From: Mobula hypostoma
Taxonomy: Eukaryota
NCBI RefSeq assembly: GCF_963921235.1
Contig: NC_086097.1
Coordinates: forward strand, 148,182,001-148,246,000
Reading direction: 5' to 3'
Length of the DNA stretch: 64,000 nucleotides
In this document: in pieces, positions 12,994-25,594 of the stretch
How positions within the stretch are numbered: position 1 is the first letter of the stretch
Layout of the letters: every line of letters begins with the position of its first letter
Notes under the pieces: generated by a model
Seen by the model: only the letters and a program-made list of their open reading frames with translations
What the model was told of the DNA's origin: nothing
Database searches by the model: none
Translations under genes and position numbers: made by a program

Positions 12994-13890
12994 ATGCATC
13001 TAGTCTGCTGTCATAACAACAACCTCCCACTCAATGCCAGCAAGACCAGAGAACTGACAGTAGACTTCAGAAGAGGGAAACTAGAAGTCCATGAGCCAGT
13101 CGTCATCAGAGAATCAGAGGTGGAGAGGGTTAGCCACTTTAATTTCCTGGGTGTTACTATTTCAGAGGACCTGTCTTGGACCCAGCAACTAAGAGCAATT
13201 GAGAAAAAAGCACCACAGTGCCTCTTTCCTTAGGATGTCTGCAGAGATTCAACATGCCATTTAAGCTTTGACAAACTTCCATAGATGTGTAGTGGAGAGT
13301 GTATTGACTGGTTGCATCAAGGCCTGGTATGGGAACACCAATGCCTTTGAGCAGAAAATCCTACAAAAGGTAGTGGATTCGGCCCAGTGCATCACGGGTA
13401 AAGCCCTCCTAATCATTGAGCACATCTACATGAAATGCTGTTGTAGGAAAGCGGCATTCATTATCAAAGATGCTCACCACCCAAGCCATGTTCTTTTCTC
13501 ACTGCTGCCATCAGGTAGAAGGTACAAGATCCTCAGTACTCACACCATCAGCTTCAAGAACAGTTACTAACCCACGATCATCAGGCTCTTGAACAATGGG
13601 ATTAACTACACTCACATGCCCATCCATTGAAATGATCTCACAACCAATTATCTCACTTTAAGGGCTCTTTTATCTTGTTATTTCATGCTCTTGATATTTA
13701 TTGCTATTTATTTACACTTTCACCTGCATTTTGTTGTCTTCTGCACTCTAGTTGATCTTTCACTGATCCTGTTATAGTTAATATTTTCTAGGTTTGCTGA
13801 GTATGCCTTCAGGAAAATGAATCGCAGGGTTGTATATAGTGACATACTGTATATGTACTTAAGTAAGAAAATTTACTCTGAATTTTGAAT
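12994..13890 (+). mobile_element. Rex1/Babar LINE 3' fragment
   Basis: LNASKTRELTVDFRR, ERVSHFNFLGVTISEDLSW, VESVLTGCIKAWYG, LLPSGRRY. Confidence 0.85.
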
Positions 13891-14199
13891 TTTTGCTATT
13901 CATGTTCATTTTATGGTTTCTGGTGCTTGAACTTTTCACCAAAGGGAATAGTTTCTCTGTATCTACTCTATTTGTAGCATTCATAATTTTGAATATCTCT
14001 ATTTGATTCTTGTGTAGTCTTTCAACCTGACATGTTCCATGAAGAAGAATTTCAGTTTTTCCAGTCTTTCATAACTGAAGTCGCTCATAGAATCATTCAG
14101 CACAGAAGTAGCCCCTAGGACCCATCTTAACTGTGCCAAAGTGATGCTCATATTCACTAATCCCATTTGCCTGCATTAGGACTATACCTCTGTAAGAAC

Positions 14200-15640
14200 A
14201 TCAGACATAGGAACAGAATTAGACCATGCAGCCCATCAAATCTGCTCTACCATTCCATCCTGGCTGATCCTAGATCCCAGTCAACCGCATACACCTGCCT
14301 TCTCGCCATATCCTTTGATGCTCTGACCAATGGGGAAATGATCAACTTCCAACTTAACTATACCCACAGGCATAGCATCCTCCAGAGCCTGTGGCAGAGC
14401 ATTCCACAGATTCACTACTCTTTGGCCAAAATATTTCCTTCTTACCTCTGTCCTAAAATGTTGCCCCTCAATTTTGAGGCTGGATATTCTTTAATTCTGG
14501 ATAACCCCACCAGAGGAAACATCCTCTGCACATCCACCTTATCTAGTCCTTTCAACATTCAATAGGCTTCAATGAGGTCCCCACGCATTCTTCTAAATTC
14601 CAGTGAATACAGCCACAAAGCTGCCAAACAGTCTTCATATGTTAACCACTTCGTTCCTGGAATCATCCCTGTGAACCTTCTCTGGACTCTCTCCAAGGAC
14701 AACACAGTCTGTATTCCAAATATTGACCAAATGCATTTTAAATGCTGTAATATTATCTGCCTCCAGCAATTCAGCTTGTCCCAAATATTCACCACCCTCT
14801 ATGTGACAAACTTGCCCCTCAGGTATCCTTTAATTTTTGTTTCCTGCTATCATCTTAAAGCTCTGCCCGCAGGTTCTAGACTCCACTGCCTTGGCATAAA
14901 AGATTTGACTATCTATCTTATCTATGCCCCTCATAATTTTAGAAACTTCTAGAAGGTCGATCCTTAGCCTCCTATATTCCAGAGAGCATAAAAGTAGTCT
15001 ATCCAATCTCTCTTTATAACTACCACTGTCCATTCCAGACAATATCTTGGTGAATCTGTCCTGCATTCTGTCTATTACTACCACATCTTTCCTACTGTGT
15101 GGTAACCAGATTAGTACACAATACTCATTATAAAATTAGTACACAACATCTACAATAAGTACAGTGTAAACTATGTTTTGTACAACTGCAAACATACAAA
15201 GTGCCTTTGTCACTACCTATGACACTACTTTTAGGGAGTGAAGGTCTTGTATCCCAAGGTCTCTCTGTACATCAAAGCTCCTCAGGTCCTTGTATTTACT
15301 CTATTTGTCTGAACACAATTTAAATGTGCATTACATTGCAGTTGACTGGATTAAATTCAATCAGCTGCCACTTCACCCAATTTTCCAGTTGATCTATGTC
15401 CTGCTGATTCTTTAAACAACTTCCCAGTCCCTTTCTCTGACTTCATCATTTTTTGTGTCACCTGCATCATCTGCCCGACATTCTCATCCATCAGTTAGGT
15501 ACATTACCAGCAACCAAAGGTCCTAGCACCATTACCTGTGGTACGCTACTCATTACTGTCTTCCATTCAGACAAACACTCATCTACTGGAGACCCCTACC
15601 TCCTATCACCAAGTCAGTTTTGGATCCAGTTTGGATCCAT
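14200..15640 (-). mobile_element. Nested CR1 3' fragments
   Basis: LERVQRRFTGMIPG..LYSLEFRRMRGDLIE and a second, more decayed copy (YKERLDRL..RRLRIDLLEVSKIMRGID). Confidence 0.8.
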
Positions 15641-15644
15641 AAGA

Positions 15645-15915
15645 CCATAAGTTATAGAAGCAGAATTAGGCCATTTGGCCCATCAAGTTTGCTCTGCTAT
15701 CTCACCATGGCTGATCCAATTTTCCTCTCAGCCCCTGTCTCCTGCCTACAAACTCGTATGTTTTTGGTCTGTAGGAGGAAACTGGAGCACCAGGAGGAAA
15801 CTCACATGTTCAGGGGGAGAACGTACAAACTGTTTATAGACGGAGCCAGAATTGAACTCTAAACAGTGACTTCTTGAGCTGTAATAGAGTTGTGATAACC
15901 ACTGCTCTGCCGTGG
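15645..15915 (-). mobile_element. CR1 tail plus HE1/V-SINE-type SINE fragment
   Basis: ggaggaaactggagcaccaggaggaaactcac is the reverse complement of the V-SINE core. Confidence 0.65.
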
Positions 15916-16751
15916 CAACATTCTAGTTTATCCCCTGAGCACCTGCTTTTGGGTCTTCACATCTTCTTGAAAGTATGGTGCCCGGAAATGGACACAATAC
16001 TCTATGACTCTCAGTGATGAGCAAGTGTATTTTAAAGATTCAACACGGTTTTATTGTTCTTGTACCACTTACTCCTCTATTTATAGATCCAGAAATCCAA
16101 GACTTTTGTAACCACATTCTCAAACTGTTCTGGCCCTCCTAACAATGAATGCACAGAAAATCCAAGATCCCTTTGTTCGGTGCTCCTTTTATATCATGCC
16201 TTCTGGTTTATATTACCCCTTCTCAATCTTCCTAACAATTGCATAGTCCATTAAATTCCATCTGCCATGTGTCCATTCTTTCCATTAGCCGATCCATATT
16301 CTCTTCTCAGATGATTGTGTTTCCAAGTTTTATGCCATTTGCAAATCTGAAAATCCAAGTTATTAACAAAATTAAGAAGATATTGTTCCTTAGACTGACT
16401 CCTGGAGAATCCCACCGTACACACACCTCAATCCAAATCTGCTTATCACATTCTGTTTTCTGTCACTTATTTCTACATTGCTACAACCTTTTTTCCTTCC
16501 ATGTATTTCATTATTGATCACAGGCCTATTATATGTACTTTATTAGCTGCCTTTTGGAAGTCTATAAATATCACATATACTACATTTCCCTCATCAATCC
16601 CTTCTGTAAACATTAAAATATCATTAGATAGACATGATTTGCCTTTAGCAATTCCTTGCTGCTTTTTCCTAATTTATACCGTATTTACACAGGTGATTGC
16701 TTTGAAAAATATTACTTCTCAAAGTTTTTTCACCTGACTGTGAAACTGAAC

Positions 16752-16886
16752 TGCAACATTTTCAAGCAACACACATGAAAGTTGCTGGTGATTGCTGCAG
16801 GCCAGGCAGCATTCACCAGCAACTTTTATGTGTGTTGCTTGAAATTCCAGCATCTGCAGATTTCCTCCTGTTTGCAACATTTTCAA
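16752..16886. mobile_element. Penelope-tail hairpin insertion with 14-bp direct flanking repeat
   Basis: 31-bp inverted arms 16761-16791 / 16813-16843; TGCAACATTTTCAA at 16752-16765 and 16873-16886; sequence matches Penelope tails at about 2700 and 57280. Confidence 0.8.
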
Positions 16887-19519
16887 TTCCCTAATCCTGC
16901 ATCTCCATTGTATCTACAGTATGAGAATGAATAAGGCAAATGCTTTCTTAATTTCTCTTTCGTTTCCTTGCATTTCATCTGGACTTGGTAAATTATCCAC
17001 TTGAAGTACCTCCACTTTCTCAAATGATGGCTTGTCTAGAATCTCTTCCTTTATATGTTCCTTTACACTAACCCTACCCTGGTCCATTTTATTCTCCCCA
17101 CATTCCCTTCTTCTTCCCCCGCTCTCACTCCCTCTTCCCAGATTTCAGCACTTACTTAAGAGCAGGGGCCAATTAATCTCCCAACCCATCCATGTTTGTG
17201 ATGTGGGGGGAAACTGTTTAACCAATTTAATTTAACCAATTTCCCCCTGGGATCAATAAAGTATGACTATGACTATGACTCACTGAAGAGCCTGGAGGAA
17301 ACGTGTGGTCACAGGGAGAATGTGTAAACTCCAAATAGACAGCATCATAGGTAAAAGGAAACATAAAAGAGAATGCAGAATTCTCCAATAAGTAACAAGA
17401 GATTGGTGAGTACAGTCAGGGCCAATCACTGCAACTGTAGTTTGACTAACTGCATCATTCTTCACTCCTTTTTTATTTAGTTAATGATCCACATAGCACC
17501 TCTCAGTTTCTTACTTCTCCTCTTTGATGGTGCTTTCCTCAGGCCAGAGTTGTCCTCATCCTGTTGAAACTGGCCCCTCACCAGCTGACCATTTTATTTT
17601 GGTTCATATCATTTTCCATATCGATGGTTAATGTCATGATACTATTACTGCTGTTCCCCAAATGCCCCCTCACCAATATTTGCTATACATGGCTTTCCAC
17701 ATTGCTCATGTCTACTTCTTACCAATCCAGACTGGTATAAACAATAGCTATTTAAAGGAACTTGTATAGATGAAGGAGTAGGTACCTTCTGTTTGACACT
17801 ACTCTGGATCTGAAACACATTTTTCAGAAGAACAATTTTTTTTCACTTGATAAAATCAAATATACTCAAGGTCCAATTATGACCAAAAGAGAACATTTCT
17901 CTCAATGGAAATCTACCATAGTTGGCAAAGTTGGTTAAATCTTAGACGGAATTGTTGCGGATGAAGCGGAAACCATCCTGTTGCTAAACAGGTGGGACTA
18001 ATTTTTACTTCAGATAATTGGGGGAAATGTCTGATATTGGATTAATTTCTGTTATCTATATCTCTGGGTGTTTAATTCTGTTGACTTCAGATGTATGATG
18101 ACTATGTACAAAATCAATTTGTGGCAGCCTCAACTCAAGCACAATGAAAGCTACAACGGAAAAATATCTGTATGAAACGGACATTGCAGAGGATTAAAAA
18201 AAAACATTTTAGAAATTGAACCAAGGAGCACAATTTCACTGGATTAGCTAAACGTTTAGAGAGTGGCCCCCAAAATCAGAATTGTTGAAGGGGACATTCA
18301 TTTGCAAGACTAAACGAGGCAACAATATCTGATAAACAATAAGAGTAAGGAATTGACAGTGGTAAGAGAGAAAACTGAGAAGAAAAAACATTAAAGAAAA
18401 CCACAATTGGAAGCGTGAAGCATTCTCAGAGATAACTTCTGATAAATGTACATTTCATGTGGAGTATTGTAGAAAAGTAATTGAATTAAAAATCTATAAT
18501 CTTTACATATACCCCTCATCCATTTAACCAGGAAACACGTGGGGTGAATACTTAAGTGGAGTTAAGTTTGACATGCATTGAGGACAGAGGAATTCTGAAT
18601 CATTATGCTTGATTGCTCTTTCTCTCATTTCCTTCCACTCCCCCTCCCTACTCTAAATCTCTCTGTCTCTTCCTGTCTCAGCAACTCTTTATCAGAGGAT
18701 GTCACCTTGGGAAATATTTTACAAGTTGTATTTTGCACTAGATATATATTTTCAACACCGGTACCAAATGTAGCGGGAACACCATGAACAAATATTCCTA
18801 AATAAAAGAGAATAAGTAATACCACTTATCAAGCAAAAGTAACTTTGCTTTCTGTGAAATTAATTTCACAATGAGTAATCTCATTGCATGGCACTTGAAA
18901 TCTCTCAGCCCTTCACTTCCTGAAAAAAAATTAAAAATATAGACAACATGTCAAATGTGGTTCTGCAAGTTACTTCTGTTGGGTTAGGCACAGTGTTTGA
19001 AATCTAAGTTCAAAGCCATCACAAGTGAAAAGGTAACAATCGTGCAGTCACATTCCAATTGCTTACTGCATAGGTCCAATACACAAAACCGGCTTCAAAC
19101 TGGTAACTAATCTAGGGGTCACCATTGCCAAAAATGTGTGAGTTGTGTTTGAGGCAGCTTCTCTCCCATAGGTTTACACCTATGACTTGGAATCATAAGT
19201 TCAAAAATTAGGAGCACATTCTTCTGAGATGCTGATGAACAGAGGAGTTGATGTAGAACGTTTATGAGAAAGCTGGAGGAGATTTGGTAGATGTATAATG
19301 ATGAGGGCTCTTGACAGAGTTGAGAATGAGAGGCTGTTCTCTTTGATGGAAGAGTGAATGATTATATGTCACAGGTGTAAAATAAAGAGATTAAGAATGA
19401 TGAGGAAAAACATTTTCATGCAGCACGTGGCTAGAATTTGAAACGCATCGCCTGCAGATATGGTGGAACCAGTTTCCAATTGAAGATGTAAAGATACAGT
19501 CAATAAAAAGTTAAAAGTA

Positions 19520-19820
19520 AAAGTTATAAGTTATCACTCAACTTCACCCCATCACTGAACTATTCCCACAACTTATGGGCTCACTTTCAAGGACTTTTCA
19601 TCTCATCTTGCGATTTTTGCTTATTGATTTATTATTATTATTATTTATTTTGTATTTGCACAGTTTGTTGACTTTTGCACACTAGTTGTCTGCTCTGTTG
19701 GGTGTGGTCCTTCATTGGTTTATATTATGGTTATTGCATTTTGAGTATGCCTGCAAAAAACACATATAAAGGTTGTATATGGTGAGATATATGCATTTTT
19801 ACTTTGAACTTTTGAACTTT
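19520..19820 (+). mobile_element. Rex-type LINE 3' UTR/tail
   Basis: cccacaacttatgggctcactttcaaggac...tttactttgaacttttgaactttga; similar to tails at 34675-35125 and 62600-62830. Confidence 0.7.
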
Positions 19821-20830
19821 GAGAAAGAACCAGGAAGTAGAATTTTCCAATACTAGGAGCGAACAATGGATTAAATGGCATCCTTCTGTGCTGTAACAAC
19901 ATCAAAAATACCATGGCATTACTTTGGTATAATTAACCTGCATTCACCAACAACTGACAATATTTCTTTGGTCTATGTGAGTATGAGATAAGACAAGAGC
20001 AAAAATGGCCAATTGACATGAATTGTCAGAGATCCAACAAACGCAAATGCAGGGAAGTTCCAACTAATCAATTGCCGAAGAGGCTTTCTTTCTATGCTAA
20101 TATCAGTTAGCTAAAGATCATTTTCATGGATCTTTGGAAACCACACAGATGGTGTCATTAGTAAAAGCATGTGCTTAGATCCTCTGATTACTATAAGCTC
20201 AGGATTCAACAGCAAGAGTAAACCAAAAATGTTCTAGTATTGGAAATGTTTACACAATCTTATTTAATGAAAGAAGATGCATGAATTTTGACAGTGGTTC
20301 AATGGGCAGTCGACAAGAATGACAGCAAAATGGCCTAATCCTGCTCCAGTGGCAGTGCTGAAGTGGTGCTATAACATCAGCAGAAATTACAATAGCACCA
20401 CCATGAAAATAACTGAAATTTGACATACAAATTGCAGCTGCTTTCTCTGTATAGTTTTGAATACAGCTTGTTTCCCCAGTTGATCTAGTGAAACAGTGCC
20501 CCCAATTACCGTAGCACCCACACAGCAATACAGTTATAAACTCTGTGCTGGTCTAAGGTCAGATCCACCCTACACTTCTGCTTATCCGTTCATTGTCAAT
20601 GTCTTGCCGTTGCTGTCCTCAGATCAGTTAAGGTGATCTAAGATCACTTAAGGTGGTGATGTCACTCACTCTCACTCACGTGAGAGATTAATAGTACAGT
20701 ATACATACATTGTGCAGAATCCAGGCGCAGATCCATGGTCTCGTGAGACTAACTGATGCCACACACACACACAGTGCTTTTACAAGCTAGCATGGGCCTG
20801 GCATGTGCGTTACTTTCGCTGGCGTGAAAA

Positions 20831-23212
20831 ATGGATCAATTTTTAGTGAGAAAACGATCTCATCCAGAGGAATCAGTGATGTTTCAGCCTGAGCCTGTCT
20901 TAATTGAAAGTGATATGCAGAAAGAATTAAGTGGGGATGAGGATGACAGCAGTTCATGGAAAGAGTGTGAGGGCGAAGTAAAGGAACAAGAAATGGAGCG
21001 GAATTGGAAGAGAACGTGGATGAAGCTGCTGTTAGTGCTAGTGTGCTAGTGGGAATACTGTTAGCGATGTTAGCCAGCAGCCTGAGGAAGGACCCCGTTG
21101 GCCAGCATTGAAAATGTACCTTTCGCAACAGTTTGGCGATCAGCAAAGGAGTTTTATTCGTGCCTGGTTTGACCTGTACTCCTGACTGGAATACTCAATC
21201 ATGAAAGATACTACGTTCTGCTTCGCATGCAGGCATTTCCTGTGTGGAGGACATGGGTTCCATTCTGACTCTACCTTCACTGTCACCGGTTACCGCAACT
21301 GGCGGAAAGCTACAACAGCTTTCAAAACCCACCATGTAAGTGTAGCTCGTAAGTTTGCTATGGAGACATGGGCCGAATTCAGATTGAAAAAACAAGACGG
21401 TTCAAGATTGGGAAATATGCTTGATAAAGGACATGCAAAGATTGTCCAAGAAAATCATGAGTATATGAGAGCAGTGGTTGAGTCTCTACGCTATATTGCG
21501 CGCCAAGGCATTGCCCAGCGAGGACACCAGGAGAATGATGGATCTGGCAATAGAGGAAATTTTGTTGAGTTGCTCAGTATAATTGGGTAGTTTGATAAGA
21601 CTGTAGCTAAAAAAATAGAGGACAATCCTGGAAATGCAAAAAACACCCATCACGATATCCAAAATGAAATTAGCGGTATTATGGCAGATATGATCAGACG
21701 TCAAATAAGTGCAGAAATCAAGGAGGCTGGACATTTTGCCATCATGGTGGACGAAAGTAAAGACTTGAGTAAAAAGGAGCAAATATCAGTGGTGGTGCGG
21801 TATTTGAATAACAAAACAGTGCTTGAAGAATTCTTGCACTTCACTCCAACAGAAGAGTTGGACGAAGAGTCACTTCTTAAAAGCATTGAACAGACATTCG
21901 CCCAGTGTGTTATTGATAAGAACGTGTGTATAGGTCAGTGCCATGACGGGGTGGCTGTGATGTCCACGTGCAATAACGGGGTACAAGAGAGGTTCAGGAA
22001 AGAGGTCCCACAGGCATTATATACACACCGCCATGCTCACAGACTTAACCTTGTTTTAGTGGATGTTGTGAGCAATGTACAACAAGCGGGTGAGTTTTTT
22101 GAAACTGTGCAGCTGCTTTACAATTTCTTTTCAAACTCTGTTGCCCACGATCTTTTCACGAAGAAACAGAGAGAACTGGAATCAACTGCACAGCCTGTGG
22201 AGTTGAAGAAATTGTCAGATACACACTGGGCATGGCGGTATACAGCTTTGTGGACTATAAGGAAATCACTCCCTGCCATTCTAGCTACACTACAGGATAT
22301 TATGGGTCAACCAAATGCACGGAGGAAAACGGAGGCCAGAGCTGTAAATGGACTGATTGACGAGCAGTTTGCTTTACTTCTCACTCTGTTTGAGGATTTA
22401 TTCCAAGTCACCAAGTTCATGTCAGACCAGCTACAATCTCCCAGTTTGGAGCTTTCATCCGCAGTGGACTTGGCTCAGTCTGTTATCGATGCACTCTCAG
22501 CAAAACAGGGAGAGGAATCATGGAGTGAAATTCAGGTAAGAGCTATGGACCTGTGCGTCAAGGCCGGTATACAGAGCAGAACACATGAAAGGAGACAGGC
22601 CCAGCCACCCCGCCACCTACATGGTTTTGTTGTGGAGGCCCAAACCGAACACACACCTGTCACATCCTCTGATCTTCATAAGAACTGTTTCTATCTGGTT
22701 ATAGACAGACTTCTAACTGAAATGAAAAGACGGTTCTCAATTGAGACTGGGGGTGTTCTGAGTGGAGTCTCAGCATTGAGTCCCAAACACAAGCTCTTCC
22801 TAGACAAAAACTGTCTTTGGCCAGTGGCCCAATGCTATGGAGTGACTGAAGTGAACCTGACTGCAGAACTACATCAGGTTCGGCGTCTGCTGGAAACAAA
22901 ACAAAAGCAAGGACAGACAGTGAATGACACAGTGGAATTTCTAGCTCTAATGAGACCCTACCGCGATGCATTTATAGATTTATACAAACTGATCTGCATA
23001 TCACTGACTCTGCCTGTGACATCTGCCTCATGCAGAGTTTCTCTTGCCTCAGACGCCTCAAAAACTACCTAAGGAATAGCAGCAGCAATGCACGGAACAG
23101 CAAGTTGGCCCTGTTGGCCATAAACAGCCGGAGGACCAAGGCACTTGATATCCAGAAAATCATTGATGCTTTCGCCACCAATCACAACAACAGACGGATT
23201 GTGCTTCTCTGA
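20831..23212 (+). pseudogene. hAT transposase pseudogene
   Basis: FCFACRHF, GNFVELL, IMVDESKD, GQCHDG, HAHRLNLV, SDTHW, LTLPVTSASC..SFSCLRRLKNYLR; frameshifts near 21040 and 23035, stops at about 21184 and 21588. Confidence 0.93.
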
Positions 23213-23632
23213 AAACGTCAGTGGCGAGTGCAGTTGATTTTTTCAAAATTTGGGCCTAGACTAACGCTGATTATAATTATTATTTTGTGGTGAATACCCC
23301 ATAGTCCTTATGTTTCCTGCAAATCCTAAAATATAATATTTACTGTTATTAAGCCTACTGGTTTTGCTTAGACTCCCAAGCGGTGATTCTGTTGATTTTT
23401 GTTTTAAATTCAGTACGAATTACTTGAGGAATTGCATGGTCAGAGTACGATTTGTCCAACTCCTGGTAAAGCCTTGTATCTGTTGTTTGCCTTATTTGAC
23501 TTTAATAGTGGTGTATCCTTTGGCATTATCTGTCTATGTAATGCGAATAGCAGTGGACATTGTGGGTTAGTGTTGTGTTTTTCAGTTGAAAAGCACGCAT
23601 TTGACGCTGATTGCGGGATTGGTGCATGATTC

Positions 23633-23847
23633 TGTGGTAAACCATATATATATATATAGTAACTGGGTTAACTGTCTGGACACGCCCCTCTGCTCCTCCC
23701 ACAAAGCCCTGAATAAAGGTGATTTTGCCCTGCCCCCCCTCAGTGCAGGGCAGACACTCAGCATGCTGGGAGTCATATTTTACTGCGAATAAAAGCCTTT
23801 CAGTATTTACCCTACTTCAGCCTCTTGGAGTAATTGAAGGTGCATCA
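23633..23847 (+). mobile_element. Solo LTR (Gypsy-like) inside the hAT 3' region
   Basis: TG...CA termini, 215 bp, AATAAA signals, flanks GATTC/GACTC (4 of 5 match). Confidence 0.7.
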
Positions 23848-24211
23848 GACTCACGTTGCGCGCTGTGGGTCGGCTGGCTCTGTTGGTTTGTTTGTTTATG
23901 CTCTGTGTCGCCCGGGTTGTCTCCGATGCTGTTGACACTGTCACAGTTCACTTCTATATTATATTTATCAATTGCTGTTGCTTGTGAATCAACAGAGGCA
24001 TTTATAGTAGGCATATAATGCTTGAAACTGACTTTTGAATGCCACGCATCTGGCCTTGCGAATACATATTACCATACAGTATGTCCCTCAGCACCATCAC
24101 TGAATAATTCAGCCCCTCCGTAGCACCAGCAAGAAAAAAATCTTTGGCGCCGTCAGTGTCCTGCTCCTAATTCTTACGGTTTTTTTAATGAATCTTTTCT
24201 TCAAAGCAGTT

Positions 24212-24455
24212 TTCTTCAGAGAGTGGTGAATCTGTGGAATTCTCTGCCACAGGAAACAGTTGAGGCCAGTTCATTGGCTATATTTAAGAGGGAGTAAAAT
24301 ATGGCCCTTGTGGCTACGGGGGTCAGGGGGTATGGAGGGAAGGCTGGGGCGGGGTTCTGAGTTGGAGGATCAGCCATGATCATAATACATGGCGGTGCAG
24401 GCTCGAAGGGCCGAATGGCCTACTCCTGCACCTATTTTCTATGTTTCTATGTTTC
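24212..24455 (+). mobile_element. CR1 3' end, same subfamily as 25132-29666
   Basis: Nearly identical to about 29430-29666; (TTTCTATG)n tail. Confidence 0.9.
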
Positions 24456-25131
24456 TATTCCTTCTCCTCCTCGAATTGAATGCTTGTTTTGAGAGTCTAG
24501 CAAATATGAAAAGATCTAAACACAAGGAAAGAAGCATGGATACAGGAAGACACTGTCTGAGAGTGGTGAAAGAAGACACTGATTCTGATTCTGAATGAGG
24601 TGCTGGTAAATGGAAATAAATTAGGCGGGTGATTGTAGTCAGCATGTACATGATTGGCTAAAAGATCTGTTTCTATGCATTATACTTCCAAGATAAACCA
24701 TGTCTAAATTCTATGTTTCAATTGCGTCCTTACCCAGCCAATCAACTTGCTCTGTAATATTTTTGCAAATAGGCATTTTTCAAAGGCATGCCATTTGTTG
24801 CATTCTGGCTTTCTGTATTAATCCCACTAGAGTGCATAACACTTCTCCACACTGAGTTTCGTTTGCATTTTGTTGTTCATTTCACCTTTTTCCATTTAAT
24901 TATAAATGTCCACTTTAACAATCCTCTTTACTTTCAACTTTGCTGGTAACTTTCATAACAGCTGCAAACTTTTTAATACAGTTATTTCCACAAGAATCTA
25001 GATCAATTTCAAACTGAAAGGGGGTGTACTCAAAGTTAACTGTGGAACACTAATCCTCAACAAATGCTCAATACATTCAACTTTATAATATTAAGTTTAC
25101 TGTTTTCTAAATGTTCCCACACCAATAGTCT

Positions 25132-25432
25132 AGTCTGAGTGGGAGTGCCGAGAAAGAGATTTTTGAAATTTTCGTTATTTTTTTTCTCCAACGGCTTTCT
25201 GAGAGGCGGGACTGCGCAGGCGTGTGACGTCGGGCAGTGCAGCGCGGCAGATTTAAAAGGGCAGACATCCTGCTTCGGGTTTGATTCGAAGAAGGAGTCT
25301 GAGAGTCTGAGTGGGAGTGCCGAGAAAGAGATTTTTGAAATTTTCGTTATTTTTTTTCTCCAACGGCTTTCTGAGAGGCGGGACTGCGCAGGCGTGTGAC
25401 GTCGGGCAGTGCAGCGCGGCAGATTTAAAAGG
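25132..25432 (+). promoter_or_regulatory. Tandem 172-bp CR1 5' UTR monomers (putative internal promoter)
   Basis: 25132-25260 repeats essentially identically at 25304-25432; each unit has GGCGGG, TGCGCAGGCG, TGACGTC and TTTAAAA motifs. Confidence 0.7.
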
Positions 25433-25594
25433 AACAAAGCCTCATAGAGCGGGCAGCGTAGTTTGCAGGTGGCGGAGTGAGCCGGGAGCAGAGTGAAGAC
25501 TTAAGGGCTTCGGCTCACCGGGCTTAGGCGGAAGCGGGCGAGGCGAGGAAGGTTTGACATTCATTTTCTGTTGCTATTTGAGGAGAGGGGCATT

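Larger units (their letters stand above)
20347..24158 (+). mobile_element. Full-length hAT DNA transposon (TTF zinc finger/DUF4371, Tip100-like), inactive
   Basis: Perfect 8-bp TSD TCCTGCTC (20339-20346, 24159-24166); degenerate 17-bp TIRs CAGTGGCAGTGCTGAAG / rc CACTGACGGCGCCAAAG; inserted in a CR1 tail. Confidence 0.93.

Noticed and set aside
21681..23072. Host ZMYM1-like or domesticated transposase gene
   Set aside because: Stops and frameshifts, mutated CxxH and RW motifs, and TIRs with a TSD show a dead transposon
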